Source of the DNA: Blasia pusilla
Taxonomy: Eukaryota
DNA: 64,000 nt
NCBI GenBank assembly: GCA_050084515.1
Contig: CM114271.1
Coordinates: 32,116,001 to 32,180,000, forward strand
Reading direction: 5' to 3'
Part shown: piece by piece, positions 61,366 to 64,000 of the stretch
Layout of the letters: each line of letters starts with the position of its first letter
Position numbering within the stretch: position 1 is the stretch's first letter
Program-made: the position numbers and the translations under genes
The notes under the pieces: model-generated
What the model saw: only the letters and a program-made list of their open reading frames with translations
Told to the model about the DNA's origin: nothing
Databases searched by the model: none

Positions 61366-63199
61366 AAGAGAAATTCCTTCCACATCTATATTATTATGAG
61401 AGAGTGCCTCTTTGATTTGCAACCTCTTCTTCTTTTGACATGTGGCATTTTCAGCCAATGGGATCGCTCACTTTCTAAGCCAATAAGATCACTCGCTTTC
61501 TTGGCCTATAAGATCGTTCAAAATCAATTTAAAAAAAAATCAAGAAATTTGAAAACCAATTAATATTTTAGGAGTTGATTTAAACTTAGGCATGGCACGA
61601 GGCTATACTATTTTGGCACATGTCTTTTCGGACAAAGATAGTATGATGTGTAAGACAAAAAGATTATTCAAATTCGATTATATATTATGAATAATAAGTT
61701 AAAATTATACATTATTATAATGCATGAACACAACTAGTTATTGTTAGAAAAAATTAAATAAAAATCATGAACATTCAAATAAGGAATGTGTATTGCTTTG
61801 CCACCCATAAGGTAATGTAGAGCCCTAGAACCACGAGGGATAAAGTTCAAAGCCTACCTCTAGGGGCCGTAACGAATGGCAATAATGGAAACCGAAATTT
61901 TGGTTTTTCCTTGAGGGTTGCTACGCCACTTTACGCCCGATCATTCTCTGTCGTGTTCACGTCGTACTTGAGAGATGTAGGAGGATCGAAAATCGAATCT
62001 CCTTGTTCTTCTCGCAGAGTTGCCTGTTCAGTCCCGTGGGTTTAAAAATAACTATCGAAAACCGAAGCTTTCCGTTCTACTTGCATGTACTCCGTCGTGT
62101 TCACGTTGTCAGAGCTGCTCGAAATAAATATCAGCGCAGTTGGACGCATCATGTCATCGAAAACGGTGCAGTTGTCGAGGAAGAAGTATCGGGATCGGGA
62201 CATTTGAGGACTGAGTGGAGAAGCCGGGAAGAACATGTGCAGGTTGAGGTGCTGTTCTGAGCATACGAGGAAACATGGTAGAGAGAGGAAATTATGTACT
62301 CGTCAGTTGCTTTGAGATGGAGATGAATGCTTGAGGGAAGAGGAAAGCTGGAGGAAGACTAGGTAGGAAGGGAAGAAAGCCAATCAACGGATGTGGACTG
62401 AGGTAACTGAGAAAGTGCGCGCTGTTCGTGGTGGATCGACCACGAACTCTATGGAGGTAATGCTGGGAGGGGTTTGGGACAGTCAGTCATTGAGAGGCTG
62501 GCTTTTAGACGTAACTGACTGAAACTGCCAATGTACCGTGATCCCTTCTGATTTGATTTGTCTTACAAAACAATCAGGAAGGAAATGATAGTGCAAAGAC
62601 GTGACAAACCAGAACAAGGGTGATCTAACAGGAGAAAACACGCCTTGGGAGATTTTAGAGAGAGCGAGGGTAATTCCGGTTGTAGTTCCGGTTGTAGTCT
62701 TGTGCGATAGATCTCGCGCTCTGATTGGACGGTGCTAAAGACTGGGATGGATGCAGAGGCAGGAAGAAGTGAAGAAAGTAACACGTGACATGAGGAAGAC
62801 TGTCATAAAGTGCAAGTGTTGAACATCCAGAGTGTTGATGCGGAGCTTCCAGGTACCAGCCAAGGAATTCTTTAGGACAAGATAAAGCTAGCGTGGTTGA
62901 TTCGAATCCTCTAAAGACGATGCTTCCCAGTGCAACAGCTTTGGGCGGTTAATCTAGGCTATGGAATCTGAGATACAGCTTGTTGATGCCAGCTTATCAA
63001 TTTCGGCGATGTTTGTTTATCTTCGTGTTGTTAATTTCGTACAAATTAACATAGAATGACCAAAGGTGTCAACCCACTGTCACGTAAGGTGCAGAATTCT
63101 TTCATTGCGTTATCTTCCTGCTATTCTGGAATCTGATAGGAGAGATCACTCAGGCGATTAGGGTCATGATTACTGATAAACTGTAAATGTGGGAGGAAT

Positions 63200-63930
63200 G
63201 TGATCAGATTTTTGATAGAATGAATCTCCATTGGTACTTCTCCAAATTCAGCCAGTAGCATGTTCAGGGGTTATTATCTTGAATCCCAAGCATTGCTCAT
63301 GAACAGTTTTTGTGGGATATCCAGTCCCTTAGGCCCCACAGACTTCAAAAGCATAGAGCGTGGATGGGATGAGTGGATTTGAAGAGTTGGAATTTTTGTG
63401 GTGTACGCCACATTTCCATTCTTCTGCAATTCAATTGCAGCAGATGAAGTCATCTCAACCCTGCATTAGCTTGGCGGCAACTGTGGTCGTCCACCTTTGG
63501 TTTTTGGATTTGAGCCTTGAACCCAAGACCCCAGGTAGATGTATTGATCCACGATCTGTGTAGTTTCCCTGCTCAATCCTTGTTCATACATCGTAACTGC
63601 TGAGCTGCTAGGAGTCGAGCCAAAGATGACTTTTCTAGTTTTTTGCAACTTTATTTCCATTCCTGGTTTATTCCAGAATTCCCATAGTGCCATCCGATTT
63701 AAGCTCTCACTCTCATAGCCATTCACCCACTCTTACAGGACAGCCCAATGCCTCCAACACATATTGCATATAAGACCATTGGGTTTCCAGTCTATAAGAG
63801 TGGGTGAATGACATTCATCTGCCACTCAGGTGGGAATCCTTGTCGAATGGCAGTATAGAACATGTTGGTGAGTGTCAGAACAATAACATCATTTGCTATT
63901 TTGAACATCTGAGCTTGACAACGAAGGTCA
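63200..63930 (-). pseudogene. Old, highly degraded LINE RT remnant of a different family
   Basis: GFPPEWQMNVIHPL; GMEIKLQKTRKVIF; VDQYIYLG; MLLAEFGEVPME. Confidence 0.55.
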
Positions 63931-64000
63931 TCCTCAGGCATATTGTGTAACCTTCAGATACCTGATTTGATTTCTGAAGGTTGAAGAAGTCTGGCGGATC

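Noticed and set aside
61800-62800. Possible minus-strand promoter/5' UTR and small gene (CCAAT-like site, ORF 62042-62236)
   Set aside because: No recognisable protein or consistent exon chain.

Overview
Eukaryotic DNA with spliceosomal introns, consisting mostly of nested, degenerate transposable elements. The TE mix (RTE-X-like LINEs, a chromodomain Ty3/Gypsy, a PHD-finger Ty3/Gypsy, Helitron remnants) suggests a non-seed land plant such as a bryophyte or lycophyte; this is inference. Only one host-type gene is supported, a 5-exon F-box gene (34769-36615, minus). The standout is a ~12.8-kb Mutator-like DNA transposon (1471-~14297) with a 9-11 bp TSD and degenerate TIRs. It carries a MULE/SWIM transposase and, divergently, a 4-exon gene fusing a ParB/Srx-like domain to a beta-class N6/N4 DNA methyltransferase fold. 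Its introns and intergenic region hold about 40 copies of a 27-bp CpG-rich palindrome (GCAACCCGTCGG-N3-CCGACGGGTTGC), suggesting a sequence-specific self-marking or anti-silencing system. Also notable are a PHD-Gypsy with an apparent self-priming PBS and an A...B-A-B terminal repeat layout, LINEs headed by ~177-bp monomer arrays, and a single-LTR chromovirus fragment still flanked by a perfect TSD. All calls come from reading motifs by eye; no database search was run, and boundaries of degenerate fragments are approximate.
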